Origin: an uncultured bacterium
GTDB taxonomy: Bacteria > Omnitrophota > Gorgyraeia > Ghiorseimicrobiales > Ghiorseimicrobiaceae
Reading direction: 5' to 3'
DNA: 64,000 nt
Assembly (NCBI GenBank): GCA_913009335.1
Contig: CAJVXN010000003.1
Coordinates: 3,899-67,898 of the forward strand
Shown: piece after piece, positions 50,779 to 60,382 of the stretch
Numbering within the stretch: the stretch's first letter is position 1
How the letters are laid out: each line of letters starts with the position of its first letter
Translations under genes and position numbers: made by a program
Notes under the pieces: model-generated
The model's database searches: none
The model's input: the letters and a program-made list of their open reading frames with translations, nothing else
What the model was told of the DNA's origin: nothing

Positions 50779-50819
50779 AAACCCTCCTTCAAATATATTT
50801 AGGAGGGTTTATTATTTTT
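50779..50819 (+). terminator. Rho-independent terminator after NMO gene
   Basis: AAACCCTCCT-N12-AGGAGGGTTT hairpin followed by ATTATTTTT. Confidence 0.5.
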
Positions 50820-50823
50820 AGAA

Positions 50824-51390
50824 TTAAAACTTTACTTCAGGAACCTTCGATGCTCCCTCAACCGCTTCAAAATACGCGGCCGGTTCAGTAACACCTGCTT
50901 GAGCGGCAAAAAACCGTCCGAAAAACAAACGTTGGAAACGATTAAAATCTTTAACGGTGAGATTGTAACGCATGCGTTCAACAGCTATTCTGTTTTCTGT
51001 CCCTTCTAATTGAGCTTGTAAAGACAGAAAATTTTCATTTGATTTTAATTGAGGATAATTTTCCGCGACCAATAGCAGTCGTGAAAGCGCGCCACCCATA
51101 GCGTTAGCATTTTCTATTTTACTCCCAATAGACGCGGACTTTCCCCATTGACTTCTCAGACGCGTTACTTCGGTGAAGATTTCTTTTTCATGGGCCGCGA
51201 AACCTTTAACTGTGCTGATAAGATTAGGAATAAGATCATTCCTTCTTTGCAGTTGATTATCAACTTGCGCCCAGGCCGATTTCACCGCCTCGTCTTTAGC
51301 AATCGCTTGATTATACCCGCCTTTATACCAACTAAACGCCATAATCACAACAACTAAAATAACACCTAAAACAATCCAAATCTTTTTCAT
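50824..51390 (-). CDS. LemA family protein
   Basis: N-terminal TM plus conserved LemA core (QLQRRNDLIPNL...). Confidence 0.8.
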   Translation of the reverse strand: MKKIWIVLGVILVVVIMAFSWYKGGYNQAIAKDEAVKSAWAQVDNQLQRRNDLIPNLISTVKGFAAHEKEIFTEVTRLRSQWGKSASIGSKIENANAMGGALSRLLLVAENYPQLKSNENFLSLQAQLEGTENRIAVERMRYNLTVKDFNRFQRLFFGRFFAAQAGVTEPAAYFEAVEGASKVPEVKF

Positions 51391-51409
51391 TTTCTAGCCT
51401 CCTCTTCCC

Positions 51410-52240
51410 TCACCAACCGCCGCCGCCGCCGCCGCCGCCGGTCATACCGCCGCCAAAACCACCAAAACCTCCTGAGAATCCTCCTCCAGAACCACCAATC
51501 CCAGCTCCATGCCAATAGCCTCCGCGTCTACGGCCCCCGATCATTGAACCTACCAAAAAATAACCCAGCAATCCTGAACGTGAACTTATAATAAAAATAA
51601 GTAAAAGTATCGGAAAAATAATTTCCAGTAATCCCTTTTTCCGATGAACCATTTGATAAACTTGCTCTTCTTGACCTGTTATTTCTACATCGTATTCTTT
51701 CGCAACAAGACTGATGATAGCAACGGCCCCTTCACGAATCCCCTGAGAATACTGCCCGTTTTTAAAATAAGGGATCATTCTTTCTTGGACGACTTTATAA
51801 GCAATAACATCAGGAATAGCGCCTTCTAAGCCATAACCGGTTGTAATCCATGCCTTACGATCATTAAGAGATACTAATATCAAAACACCGTTATCCTTGC
51901 CAATTTGGCCTATCTTCCATTGATCAAAAAGCCTGACAGAAAATCCCTGTATCGTTTCCGGTTGAGTCGTTTGAATGGTTACGACAGCTATCTGAGACGT
52001 TGTCTTCTTCTCTAATTCACTCGCGAATTTTATGATGGCTGTCTTATCGGAAGGTTCCAGCAATCCCGCAAAGTCACTGACATAACCCTGCCCACGGGAA
52101 GGAATGTTCACTTCTTTGGCTAGAGCGGCAGAAACACATATCGAAAAAAGAAGAAAAGAAACTAAAGCTATATTCCAATAGCGTCCAAGCGAAGCGCGTC
52201 GGACCATAAGCTTAAAATATTTAACACAGTTTTTTATCAT
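51410..52240 (-). CDS. TPM-domain (YgcG-like) membrane protein with C-terminal poly-Gly tail
   Basis: YVSDFAGLLEPSDKTAIIKFASELEKKTTSQIAVVTI TPM core; TM helix; Gly-rich tail encoded by a (GCC)n run. Confidence 0.7.
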   Translation of the reverse strand: MIKNCVKYFKLMVRRASLGRYWNIALVSFLLFSICVSAALAKEVNIPSRGQGYVSDFAGLLEPSDKTAIIKFASELEKKTTSQIAVVTIQTTQPETIQGFSVRLFDQWKIGQIGKDNGVLILVSLNDRKAWITTGYGLEGAIPDVIAYKVVQERMIPYFKNGQYSQGIREGAVAIISLVAKEYDVEITGQEEQVYQMVHRKKGLLEIIFPILLLIFIISSRSGLLGYFLVGSMIGGRRRGGYWHGAGIGGSGGGFSGGFGGFGGGMTGGGGGGGGW

Positions 52241-52986
52241 AAATTGTCCACCCCGACAGCCAGTTTCTTTATCTGATCCAAATATTTCTCAATGAAAACA
52301 ATAATATCCTGATTGGCAATTTTTTCATCATTACTTGTATCTTTATAAACCGGCAAAAAGACATCTTCATCAAGCTCAAATTCACGACAAAGCTGCTTAA
52401 TGATTTCTTCTTTTTCGGCAGGTGGCTGGTTGCCCTTGAGACGGATAAGATTTCTAAAAACAGGAATAAGAGAATTAAGAGATTCCTTTAATAAAGCCTC
52501 CATGCCCTTTTTCTTAAGACCGACCTCAAGATAAGCCTGACGAATTCTTATAAGCTTTCCTTTTATCTGCTGTTCGCAAAAAAGACGAATATGTTCTCCC
52601 TTGATTTCTAAAGTAGCTAGAATATCCGCGCCATACAGTAAACAATAATTTTCTTTCATATCTAAAAATTCTATGGGGAAAACGTCCAGTGAGGTCTCAA
52701 TATGTCCCCTGGTTAAAAATAAAGGCGCTGCTATTTTCTGTACAATCCCCTTGGAAACCGCCTTGAGACTGTTTTTTAAGCTTAAAAAGGGGAGATCCTT
52801 AAAGACAAAAACCGAATTAATATCAGAAGTTTTAGGAATATAATTTTTTCCTGTGGCAGAACCATAAATGAAGACAGAAACTAAATGATCATGATGAATA
52901 TCCAGCATTGTTTTAAGAAAAGGGAGGAATTTTTTCTGAACCTCTTGAGGTAACTTCTCTATGTTAATAATCTTATCATTCTCCAT
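52237..52986 (-). CDS. Nucleotidyltransferase-domain protein (minimal NTase fold)
   Basis: FIYGSATGKNYIPKTSDINSVFV fits the G[SG]x9-13Dx[DE] NTase motif. Confidence 0.4.
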   Translation of the reverse strand: MENDKIINIEKLPQEVQKKFLPFLKTMLDIHHDHLVSVFIYGSATGKNYIPKTSDINSVFVFKDLPFLSLKNSLKAVSKGIVQKIAAPLFLTRGHIETSLDVFPIEFLDMKENYCLLYGADILATLEIKGEHIRLFCEQQIKGKLIRIRQAYLEVGLKKKGMEALLKESLNSLIPVFRNLIRLKGNQPPAEKEEIIKQLCREFELDEDVFLPVYKDTSNDEKIANQDIIVFIEKYLDQIKKLAVGVDNL

Positions 52987-53369
52987 ACATATCTCCTATT
53001 TTGGGCAGGGCGTCTCTATTTAAATTATCTTATTATAAGACCCATCCTTTAATGGTATTAGGATGGTCTACCCTGCTGGGTAAGATGCATATATTATACA
53101 CACGCGGGAAAAAGAAGCAATATAATTCTTAACCGCAATTCTTTATCTCTGTACGCATCGAATTGTATTTGAGGAATATTTTCAGCTTGCCAAAGCCTGC
53201 CAAAAGAGATAATATAAGCAGATGATTTACTAAAAGAGGTGTTCCGCCTCATAATACGCCGGGAAATTCTGTTCCATAATTTCCTCCGCATTCGGCGGAA
53301 TTAATTCGCACTGATAATTTACGTCAGCTTTGCTTCTGTAAATTATGTGCTCATTAAGGAGATTTATTC

Positions 53370-55553
53370 ATGTCTCAATTAATATTTAAAAATTACGGCA
53401 AAAGCTATCAGCTTAGAATTCAAGACGCGCAGGATTTAGAGAACATTCAAGCTCTCGATGAAACGCACTGGGCAGCTACCAGCGTTCCCATTGACAGTCT
53501 CAACTGTGACGCTACTTTTGTTTCTTACGTAGATACTGATAAAAACGGACGTATCAGAACGAATGAAATTAAAGATGCGCAGGCCTGGTTATTTCGATTC
53601 CTCAGCAATCGCAGCCGCCTGTCTGATGGTAGCGATACCTTAAACTTAAACGATATCGATACCACTCATCCTGAAGGTAAAAAATTACGAGACGTAGCAA
53701 AGCTTATCTTAGCTAATCTCAATTCCCCGGATGCCGAAAAAATCAGCTTAGCCCAGATACGCGATGTACAAAGTATTATGGCGAACGCGGCGAATAATGG
53801 CGATGGTATTATTCCCCCGGAGGCTAGCTCTGAGGCTGATTTAGCCGGATTCATCACTTCAGTTATTGAGACTGTTGGTTCTGTGCCCGATGCCAGCGGT
53901 AAAGCAGGAATTAGTCAGGAGCAACTTGAAATATTCTTTAATGAAACTAAAAACTATCTTAGCTGGAAGGCGAAAGGCGAAATCCCTGAAGGAGATAAAT
54001 CCACAGAGGTTATGCCTTGGGGTACTGAGACACCGCAAGCTTATGATTTAATAGCCAGCCTGGAGGAGAAAATCGAACAATACTTTGCGCAATGCGCAAT
54101 GGCTAAATTCGATGAAAGAACGCTGGCTCAGATGCAGCTTCGTCCAAAAGAGCTTGAAGAAATCGATTTTAAAGATAAGTCAGCAATGGAAGCTCGAATC
54201 AAAGATGCCCCATTGGCTGTGCCTAATCCAAAAGGCACATTGGATCTGGATATAGCAATTAATCCCTTATATGCTGAGCGCATATCTGATCTTAAGGAGC
54301 AAGTTTTAAAACGCGCCCTGGGAGGATCAGTTAAACACCTTACCCAAAAACAGTGGGATGAGGTAAAAAATATCTTTGCCCTATACCGAAGCTGGTTAAA
54401 AAACAAACAAGGCGCAAAAGTAGAAAAACTAGACAGAGACAAACTAAATACTTATCTTAACGGCTCCTATAGGAAACAAGTAAGTGAAATTATCGCTAAA
54501 GATCAGGCCGTGGCTAATGATTTAAACCAGATGCAGAATTTGGAAAAGCTAATCCTTTACCAAAAATGGCTGCTGGAATTAGTAAACAATTTTGTGAGTT
54601 TTGCAAATCTTTACAATCCTCAGGTTCGCTCCCTTTTTGAAATGGGCACATTAATAATTGATGGCAGGCAAATTACTTTTACAATGAAGGTCCGGGATAA
54701 AGCAGCGCACAAAAATATAGCAGAAAAAAGTTGTATGTATCTACTCTATGCGGAGATTACCGGCCGCCAGGATAACGATATTAACCCTTCGACTTCGCTC
54801 AGGATTAATGGTGAGCAAGGTCGAACCATTAAATTTGATATTGTGGCTGCGGTAACTTCCGGTAGCGCGGGCGGATTGCGCATTGGAAAACGCGGAATCT
54901 TTTTTAGCGTAGACGGCAAAGAATGGGATGCAAAAATAGTAGATATCGTAGAAAACCCTATTGGCATATGGGAATCGATAAAAGCGCCTTTCGGACAATT
55001 TACAGGCTTCATAAGAAAACAAGTGGATAAATTCACCAAATCCGGCCAGGGCAAATTAGAGAAAAATCTTGCCGCACCTTCCGCATCAGGCACGACTCGC
55101 GATCTCTTACTAGGCGGAGGCATAGCTATTGCGGCTCTTGGCTCATCCTTTGCTTATATCACTAAGGCCCTCTCCCAGGTAAAACCAACTCATATTCTAA
55201 TTGCATTAGCGGGGATAACAACCGCTATTTTATTGCCGGGCATAATTATGGGATTTATCAAGATACGAAAAAGAGATATGAGCGTTCTCCTGGAGGCATC
55301 AGGCTGGGCAATAAATATGCATATGCGTCTAAATTCTACTTTAGGACGGCTTTTTACTCACGTACCGCATCTGCCTAAAGGTGCGCGCAAAGAACGCAAA
55401 GATACAGTAGCGAAGTTTGTAAAAGATTTTGGTTACGCTCCCCTGCGCTCGATGAAATTACCTATAATAACTTTAATTATCTTACTCATTGCGCTTGGTT
55501 TAACACTGATTCGAGTATTCCCTATGTTAAAATTCTTGCCTGGCTGTTTTTGA
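53370..55553 (+). CDS. Hypothetical 727-aa protein with N-terminal EF-hand-like Ca-binding loop and C-terminal TM helices
   Basis: Good RBS (TAAGGAG). DTDKNGRIRTNE matches the 12-residue EF-hand loop consensus D-x-D-x-N-G-x-I-x-x-x-E. Two hydrophobic segments near the C-terminus. No recognisable catalytic family. Confidence 0.5.
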   Translation: MSQLIFKNYGKSYQLRIQDAQDLENIQALDETHWAATSVPIDSLNCDATFVSYVDTDKNGRIRTNEIKDAQAWLFRFLSNRSRLSDGSDTLNLNDIDTTHPEGKKLRDVAKLILANLNSPDAEKISLAQIRDVQSIMANAANNGDGIIPPEASSEADLAGFITSVIETVGSVPDASGKAGISQEQLEIFFNETKNYLSWKAKGEIPEGDKSTEVMPWGTETPQAYDLIASLEEKIEQYFAQCAMAKFDERTLAQMQLRPKELEEIDFKDKSAMEARIKDAPLAVPNPKGTLDLDIAINPLYAERISDLKEQVLKRALGGSVKHLTQKQWDEVKNIFALYRSWLKNKQGAKVEKLDRDKLNTYLNGSYRKQVSEIIAKDQAVANDLNQMQNLEKLILYQKWLLELVNNFVSFANLYNPQVRSLFEMGTLIIDGRQITFTMKVRDKAAHKNIAEKSCMYLLYAEITGRQDNDINPSTSLRINGEQGRTIKFDIVAAVTSGSAGGLRIGKRGIFFSVDGKEWDAKIVDIVENPIGIWESIKAPFGQFTGFIRKQVDKFTKSGQGKLEKNLAAPSASGTTRDLLLGGGIAIAALGSSFAYITKALSQVKPTHILIALAGITTAILLPGIIMGFIKIRKRDMSVLLEASGWAINMHMRLNSTLGRLFTHVPHLPKGARKERKDTVAKFVKDFGYAPLRSMKLPIITLIILLIALGLTLIRVFPMLKFLPGCF

Positions 55554-55566
55554 ATCTAGAGACTTA

Positions 55567-56979
55567 TTAGTTCGAGTCTTGCTTGGGGAGCCATTGGGCA
55601 CGCTTAGCCCTATCCTTAAGGATAGGGCTAATTTTTTGGCTTAAATTTCGAGCAGCGTCCGCCGCCGACCGGACGATGGTCGAGGAAACGGAATTTTCAT
55701 TTTCAAAACTTATTTTGTAATAAAGGGTTAGCGCAATTTCCTCCTTTGAGTATTTAATGCTTTTGATATAGGTTTTTGACCAGAAATTGCGCTCTTCTCC
55801 CCTACATTTTGACATGTTCTTCATGAAAGATTGGAGGGTTTGTGCGAAGATTTCATGTGAAATCTGCGGGGGCTCGAAGGTTTTTTCGAGTCCAGTGCGG
55901 CCACCCATTAGGTACGAATTAAGGCAGAAAATCAAACTTTCAACATATTGCCGATCCTTCGCTATCCGGGAGAGATTTTCAAAGATAATATCTTCTAATT
56001 TTTCCGCGTTTATCTGCCTGACCGAGCAATCCTTCCAGTCCCGCGTAAATGTTTTTGTACAGCGATAGTAATAGTATCGCTTCATTTTTTTATTTTTTCT
56101 CTTTTTATTTGTGAATGTTGGTGTCATTATTGATCCGCAATCTTTACACTTAACCAGTCCTGCCAGAGTATAATGCTTGTAGAGTTTTTCTTTTACGATT
56201 TTTTCCTTATGTCTAGTTTGGGCCAGCTTGAAAGTTTCCTCTGTGATAATTGGCTCATGCAGTGCATCATATAATTTGCCTGCATAACGCATTTTTCCGG
56301 TATAGGCAATATTCCTCAATGCATAAGCAACTGCATGTTTTGAAAAATATTCCCCCTTCCTGCCTCTGATATTGCTTGTTTTTAAATCTCTGTAAACTTT
56401 AAATAAAGAGCCGTGCTGAGTATAAATACCGTAGATGGACCTTACAATCTCTGCCTCTTTTTCTTCTATGACTAATTTTTTCTCGACTCTCTTATACCCT
56501 AATGGTACTACTCCCCCATTCCACATCCCTTTTTGTGCGCGCTGAAGCAGCTTATCTCTGGTTCTCTCACTTGTTAACTCTCTTTCAAATTGCGCAAATG
56601 TGAGCATGATATTGCGCAAAAGCCTTCCGGACGGCGTTGACGTATCAAATCTTTCCGTAACAGATATAAAATCCACTCCGTGTTTTTCAAATAACTCAAT
56701 AAGCTGATAAAAGTCTTTTGGCGATCTGGTCAACCTGTCAATTTTATAAGCCATGACTAGATTTATCTCTCCTTCGTGTATATCCTGGAGCATTTCAGTC
56801 AACGCCGGCCGGTTTACATTTGCGCCGGTAAACCCCGCATCAGAATAAACCTTGTATATCTCCATATCCTCCTGGCTCTCAATGAAGGATTTAATCTTAT
56901 TTTCCTGCGACTCGCATGAATTAAACTCAACCTCTGCTTGCATATCCGTACTCACCCGCGTATATATTGCACACTTCAT
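55567..56979 (-). CDS. Large serine recombinase (resolvase/invertase N-terminal catalytic domain + recombinase domain + zinc ribbon)
   Basis: AIYTRVSTDMQ (catalytic Ser), YKIDRLTRS, recombinase domain, CKDCGS...YYYRCTK zinc ribbon. Confidence 0.8.
   Translation of the reverse strand: MKCAIYTRVSTDMQAEVEFNSCESQENKIKSFIESQEDMEIYKVYSDAGFTGANVNRPALTEMLQDIHEGEINLVMAYKIDRLTRSPKDFYQLIELFEKHGVDFISVTERFDTSTPSGRLLRNIMLTFAQFERELTSERTRDKLLQRAQKGMWNGGVVPLGYKRVEKKLVIEEKEAEIVRSIYGIYTQHGSLFKVYRDLKTSNIRGRKGEYFSKHAVAYALRNIAYTGKMRYAGKLYDALHEPIITEETFKLAQTRHKEKIVKEKLYKHYTLAGLVKCKDCGSIMTPTFTNKKRKNKKMKRYYYYRCTKTFTRDWKDCSVRQINAEKLEDIIFENLSRIAKDRQYVESLIFCLNSYLMGGRTGLEKTFEPPQISHEIFAQTLQSFMKNMSKCRGEERNFWSKTYIKSIKYSKEEIALTLYYKISFENENSVSSTIVRSAADAARNLSQKISPILKDRAKRAQWLPKQDSN
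55606..55662. repeat. Left terminal inverted repeat of the island (contains palindromic hairpin + T-run)
   Basis: Sequence as quoted for the element; lies in the last codons of the recombinase ORF (encodes ...SPILKDRA...). Confidence 0.5.
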
Positions 56980-57176
56980 TTTATCACCTCCATGATTATG
57001 CAGATTATCCCCATAATTAACGCAAAGATTATCCCTAGCTTCAATCGCTCACACTGATACCTAAAATACGGATCCATCATCTTCCTCTCTATATACTATG
57101 ATACTTATAGTCATCATAGATGTCAAGAGAAATGCTACTTATAGTCTCGTAGACAATAAGTAGCAAAAGTGAGATA

Positions 57177-57404
57177 ATGCGCCTTATGAAAGACAAAATA
57201 CTCAAACAATTTGGCGATAAGGTTAAAAAACTAAGAAAAGCTAAAGGCTGGTCTCAAGAGGAGCTGGCTAAAAAGTCCGGCTTACACCGTACCTATATCG
57301 GTAGCATTGAGCGAAGCGAGAGAAATGTCAGCTTAATCAATATTGTAAGAATTGCAAAAGCATTAAGTGCTAGTATTGATAAATTAATAGCAAAAAAGCC
57401 ATAA
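57177..57404 (+). CDS. XRE-family helix-turn-helix transcriptional regulator
   Basis: LRKAKGWSQEELAKKSGLHRTYIGSIERSERNVSLINIVRIAKAL is a canonical HTH_XRE. Confidence 0.7.
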   Translation: MRLMKDKILKQFGDKVKKLRKAKGWSQEELAKKSGLHRTYIGSIERSERNVSLINIVRIAKALSASIDKLIAKKP

Positions 57405-57438
57405 GGATAATAATAACTTTTTATAAAGTGAGGTATGT

Positions 57439-58545
57439 ATGAGTGAAAAAATAAAATTCTCTGATGATGCAGATAAAAATTCTGTAGAAGTAGCAATCCC
57501 TAAAGAACAGCGTATCCTACAAACACAGGCTTACGATAAAAGCGTTAGTGATGTTATCGCCATGCTCAACAGCGGCGACATCATATTAAATCCAGAATAT
57601 CAACGAAACTATGTTTGGAATAATAAAAAAGCATCTCTCTTAATAGAATCCATTCTCTTAAATGTGCCAATCCCAATAATTTATGTATCCGAAGAGGAAG
57701 ATAGTAAATGGAGCGTGGTAGATGGATTACAGCGATTATATTCATTAAAGAGATACTTTAATAACGAATTCAAATTAAATGGGCTTGAGGTATTACAAGA
57801 ATTAAATCGCTCTTCATACCATACATTAAATCCTAAAGCACAGCGGATCCTACGAAGTGGAAATTTGAGAATGATTTTAATTTTCAAGGAATCTAATCCA
57901 GAAATCAAATACGATATTTTCATGAGACTCAATAGGGGATCGATACAGCTCAATGAACAAGAATTAAGAAACTGTTTATATAGAGGAGGATTTAATGAAC
58001 TTTTAAAGAAGATGGCACAAAATGATAATCTATTAGAAATCTTGCGATTGAAAAAACCCCATAGAAGAATGAGAGACGCAGAAATGGTCTTAAGGTACTT
58101 CGCTTTCTCAGATAATTTCAAGCTTGAACAAGAAAAAATGCTAGATTATAAGGGGAGCATGAGAACTTTCTTGAATATATTTATAAAGAGTAAACAAAAA
58201 ATTAACGACACCAGTCTTACTGATTATGAAACAAATTTTAATGAAACAATGCGGAAAACTGTTGCAGTTTTTGGAAATAATGCATTTAGAAGAATAGATG
58301 TTGATGGAAATTATGATAAAGCCGTAAATAGAGCGATAGCAGACTTTATAATGGTAAGTTTTGAAAAATTTGATTACGAACTATTGTCTTCGAAAAAGGA
58401 CTTAATTATAGAGTTATTGAGAGAACTGCCCAGGGAAGATGAAAGATTTCAAGATTCAATAACTATTGGAACTTCGGACACAGCTCGGGTTGAATACCGA
58501 TTAACTACATGGATTAAAAAATTAAATTCTCTACTCCGAACATAA
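57439..58545 (+). CDS. DUF262 (ParB/GmrSD-N-terminal-like) domain protein
   Basis: PEYQRNYVWN and VDGLQRL (DGQQR motif) define the DUF262 ParB-like nuclease/NTPase domain. The C-terminal ~200 aa are helical, with no DUF1524/HNH signature. Confidence 0.7.
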   Translation: MSEKIKFSDDADKNSVEVAIPKEQRILQTQAYDKSVSDVIAMLNSGDIILNPEYQRNYVWNNKKASLLIESILLNVPIPIIYVSEEEDSKWSVVDGLQRLYSLKRYFNNEFKLNGLEVLQELNRSSYHTLNPKAQRILRSGNLRMILIFKESNPEIKYDIFMRLNRGSIQLNEQELRNCLYRGGFNELLKKMAQNDNLLEILRLKKPHRRMRDAEMVLRYFAFSDNFKLEQEKMLDYKGSMRTFLNIFIKSKQKINDTSLTDYETNFNETMRKTVAVFGNNAFRRIDVDGNYDKAVNRAIADFIMVSFEKFDYELLSSKKDLIIELLRELPREDERFQDSITIGTSDTARVEYRLTTWIKKLNSLLRT

Positions 58546-58551
58546 ATAATT

Positions 58552-59238
58552 ATGGCTTTTGATTTTGAATCACTGAAAAGTTTCAATGAAACCCTTGAGG
58601 AAGTTAAAATTCTTATCTCAATATCTGAGAAAAATCAAAGCGAAAATTCGAAATATACCACTTACAATAAGTCTGCCATTTTATTACTCACTGCAAAATT
58701 TGAAAATTACCTTGAAAGTGTTGCACGAGAATACATCGATCTAACTAATAAGCTTTGCATTAAAGCGAATTCCTTACCAAAAAAAATAAAAATACAACAT
58801 ACTCTCCATAAGCTAAAAAACCTGGAAATGTTAAAACAAAGTGACGCAAAAGCACAAAGAGTATTTAATGAATTAGGGCTTTTGTGGAATAGCAACATCC
58901 CTTATGAAACCATCACTCTCGATACTGCGTTTAATTATGGTAAACATGGCTCAAGAGAAATCATTAGGTTTTTCAAAAAAATAGGCTTCGATGATATCTT
59001 TTCAAAAATAAAGGTCTATAAAAAAGTGCGTTCACTTATAATAATTCCAAAAGAGGAAATTGACTTTAAAGCAATCTTTAATTCAGCAATCAATATACGC
59101 AATAATATAATCCATGGTGATGCAACTCCTCAATTAACACATATTGATATTATAAATTACCACGAGCACTTCCGGCAATTTTGTAAAGGTGTCTGCAAAC
59201 TATTAAACCGAAATCTATATATCCTAAGTCGCAGATAA
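58552..59238 (+). CDS. HEPN-domain protein (MAE_28990/MAE_18760-like), probable RNase partner of the DUF262 gene
   Basis: C-terminal IRNNIIHGD carries the Rx4H HEPN motif; helical 228-aa protein; 6-bp gap after the DUF262 gene. Confidence 0.5.
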   Translation: MAFDFESLKSFNETLEEVKILISISEKNQSENSKYTTYNKSAILLLTAKFENYLESVAREYIDLTNKLCIKANSLPKKIKIQHTLHKLKNLEMLKQSDAKAQRVFNELGLLWNSNIPYETITLDTAFNYGKHGSREIIRFFKKIGFDDIFSKIKVYKKVRSLIIIPKEEIDFKAIFNSAINIRNNIIHGDATPQLTHIDIINYHEHFRQFCKGVCKLLNRNLYILSRR

Positions 59239-59381
59239 GAAGATTTCGTAAGATTTGATATATGTATAAATATAAATCGTAACCGCACAAACAAACCCTC
59301 CAATCTTTCAAGGGTTTTAATCAAATAGTTTTGTACAATAAGTCTGGCTTTTTTCGCAAAATGCGATTTATTACGAATCGC

Positions 59382-59573
59382 CTATATATGCCATAATTGG
59401 AATTGTGGATAGGTTTCTCGATCGCCAAAATCTAAATATTTATCATCTTCCCATACAAGCTCGGTAAAATTTTCTAAATCTTCACTATACCCCCGACACA
59501 TAACTTTAAGTCGTACAAACGGATTAAACCGTAGAATGATTTTTGCCAAAATTGGTGGAAAATTAATAGCCAT
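59382..59573 (-). CDS. Hypothetical small protein downstream of DpnI-like gene
   Basis: 63-aa ORF 2 bp after the DpnI-like stop on the same strand; no recognisable motif. Confidence 0.2.
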   Translation of the reverse strand: MAINFPPILAKIILRFNPFVRLKVMCRGYSEDLENFTELVWEDDKYLDFGDRETYPQFQLWHI

Positions 59574-59575
59574 AT

Positions 59576-60343
59576 TTATGTAAGTCGGTAATGACCACGC
59601 GAAACAAAATCAAGATACCCCTTATCCCTTAAAAACTGCAACTGTTGCCGAATTTTATCTTTTATATATTTATTATTTGGATATCTAGCACTTAGTTCAT
59701 TCTCGAAATTATAGATTTCAGATAATAAAAAATCTCTTTTATTTAATCTATCAATGCAATTCATAATATCTAAAATCCACCCTTTCAATTCAGGCTTTTC
59801 CGAATCTTTTAAAAATAAGGTTTTTCTCCAGTTTTCTAAAACATGTTTTCTACTCTCAACCTTCCTGTTTCTTATATAAAATATCCTCCCACTTGAAGGA
59901 ATATTCTGTAACAATATATTACAACCAATCCACCCTGCTCGTCTTGCAGTCTGTGAAAGAGGTTTCCGCTTTTCAATTATTCGGGGGATAAAAAAGTACT
60001 TGGGGATAACAAAGAAATTTACAACTTTAAACCCCTGCAAAGCATAATTAAGTAGAAAGAAATTTGGATTATTGCTATCCTGTAAACGCTCTATCATCGT
60101 ACGATAGGCCCCATCAACTATCTTCTTTCCAATGTTATCTTTTTTACTTTTTAGCTCAAATTCCTCCCGGCAAGATGGGCAATAAAAATCAGCAACGGGT
60201 TTATTGTGAGCATAAGATTTTACATCATGTCCACATCCAGGACAAAATATTTGAGATTTAACCCAACTCTCTGTTAATACACGAATCTTCTGTGAAGCAC
60301 TCTTGTATCGTTTTGCTAAATATGCATCAAAATATGTTCGCAT
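59576..60343 (-). CDS. DpnI-like methyl-directed (Type IIM/IV) restriction endonuclease: PD-(D/E)XK catalytic domain + C-terminal winged helix
   Basis: 255 aa, matching DpnI length. SQKIRVLTESW, CPGCG, VADFYCPSCREEFELKSKK (D...ExK), TARRAGWIGCNILL and KIRQQLQFLRDKGYLDF blocks match my memory of DpnI. Confidence 0.5.
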   Translation of the reverse strand: MRTYFDAYLAKRYKSASQKIRVLTESWVKSQIFCPGCGHDVKSYAHNKPVADFYCPSCREEFELKSKKDNIGKKIVDGAYRTMIERLQDSNNPNFFLLNYALQGFKVVNFFVIPKYFFIPRIIEKRKPLSQTARRAGWIGCNILLQNIPSSGRIFYIRNRKVESRKHVLENWRKTLFLKDSEKPELKGWILDIMNCIDRLNKRDFLLSEIYNFENELSARYPNNKYIKDKIRQQLQFLRDKGYLDFVSRGHYRLT

Positions 60344-60382
60344 GCGCCTTTATTTTTTTACTACACCACGAACCATAAAAAA

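Noticed and set aside
53094-53291. 65-aa minus-strand ORF in the 52987-53369 intergenic region
   Set aside because: No RBS or motif; the region is better explained by the operator-like repeat and the promoter of the 727-aa gene.
55606-55637. Hairpin + T-run at island left end as a simple bidirectional terminator only
   Set aside because: Not rejected as a terminator, but rejected as the sole explanation. The similarity to the right end extends ~30 nt beyond the hairpin (57-bp arm, four differences), which a terminator alone does not explain. It also lies within the recombinase reading frame.
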